Shown here in pieces: positions 63,608 through 64,000 of a DNA stretch of 64,000 nt. How positions within the stretch are numbered: position 1 is the first letter of the stretch; every line of letters starts with the position of its first letter. Source of the DNA: an uncultured Thermoleophilia bacterium (lineage in GTDB: Bacteria; Actinomycetota; Thermoleophilia; UBA2241); contig CAVPCT010000005.1 in the NCBI GenBank assembly GCA_963702475.1, positions 640,001 through 704,000 of the forward strand. Direction: 5' to 3'. Under the pieces are notes generated by a model. That model ran no database searches. It was not told the DNA's origin and saw nothing but the letters and a program-made list of their open reading frames with translations. The position numbers and the translations under genes are program-made.

Positions 63608-64000
63608 AGACGTTCACTCCCGGAGATAGAAGACAGATCTGAAGACGCGCGGGCGTCCAGTATAGCATCGAGGGTGGCCTCCACCCACCGCAGCAACTGA
63701 CCATCAGGCCGCTCCCTGTGGACGCTCAGGTGGCGGTCCTTCTTGAAATACGTGGCACGCGGGACCGAGGTTCGTACGCGCGCGGCCGAGTCGTCGTCGA
63801 GGTCGAGGCCGTCGGCCTGCAGGCGCCCGCCGCGCGAGGTGACGGCGCTCGCCCCGAGCTCCGCCGCCTTGAGGCGGATCGCCTGCAGGGCGAGCAGGTT
63901 CTCGACCGGCTCCGGCGGCTCGCCGAAGCGGTCGGCGAGCCCGGCCCGCACCTCGCCGAGCTCGCCGAGCGTGCGCGCCCGCGCGATGCGCCGGTGGGCG
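63604..64000 (-). CDS. mfd: Transcription-repair coupling factor, C-terminal end (partial)
   Basis: [28 protein letters not shown] domain; synteny with prsA-mazG-eno. Confidence 0.88.
   Translation of the reverse strand, partial: AHRRIARARTLGELGEVRAGLADRFGEPPEPVENLLALQAIRLKAAELGASAVTSRGGRLQADGLDLDDDSAARVRTSVPRATYFKKDRHLSVHRERPDGQLLRWVEATLDAILDARASSDLSSISGSERL

Overview
A 64 kb chromosomal window from a very GC-rich bacterium. The synteny mfd-prsA-mazG-eno-ftsB-DUF501-ppx-tRNA-Leu(UAA) and the GAAC-N4-GTTC SOS box indicate Actinomycetota, and the tungsten/molybdenum aldehyde oxidoreductases suggest an anaerobic lineage such as Thermoleophilia (inference). Contents from left to right: (1) a TetR-controlled operon of three aldehyde:ferredoxin oxidoreductase (AOR) homologues, one degenerate, with three 4Fe-4S proteins and an NrfD-type membrane anchor; (2) an amine-dehydrogenase-like gene; (3) a sigma-less partner-switching cluster with two PP2C phosphatases, STAS, RsbW, a solute-binding protein and an HATPase-GNAT fusion; (4) hsp20-lon and a DEDD/GIY-YIG nuclease; (5) two C-terminally anchored peptide-binding proteins; (6) a LexA-boxed DUF6504-dnaE2 cassette; (7) a PASTA kinase, an M48 protease and accC; (8) an orphan REC-MshEN-PilB/GspE ATPase; (9) paaK and an internally deleted mini-paaK; (10) CsoR-boxed copA; (11) a fused ECF sigma factor; (12) zur-znuACB; (13) the core block ending in mfd. 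The most unusual signal is a family of structured palindromic elements (conserved 40-nt core with a compensatory base-pair change, different but paired terminal stems) inserted in frame at three sites and in both orientations inside dnaE2. About a dozen single-base frameshifts, including in ftsB, are most likely long-read assembly errors. All family calls come from motif recognition by eye; no database searches were run.
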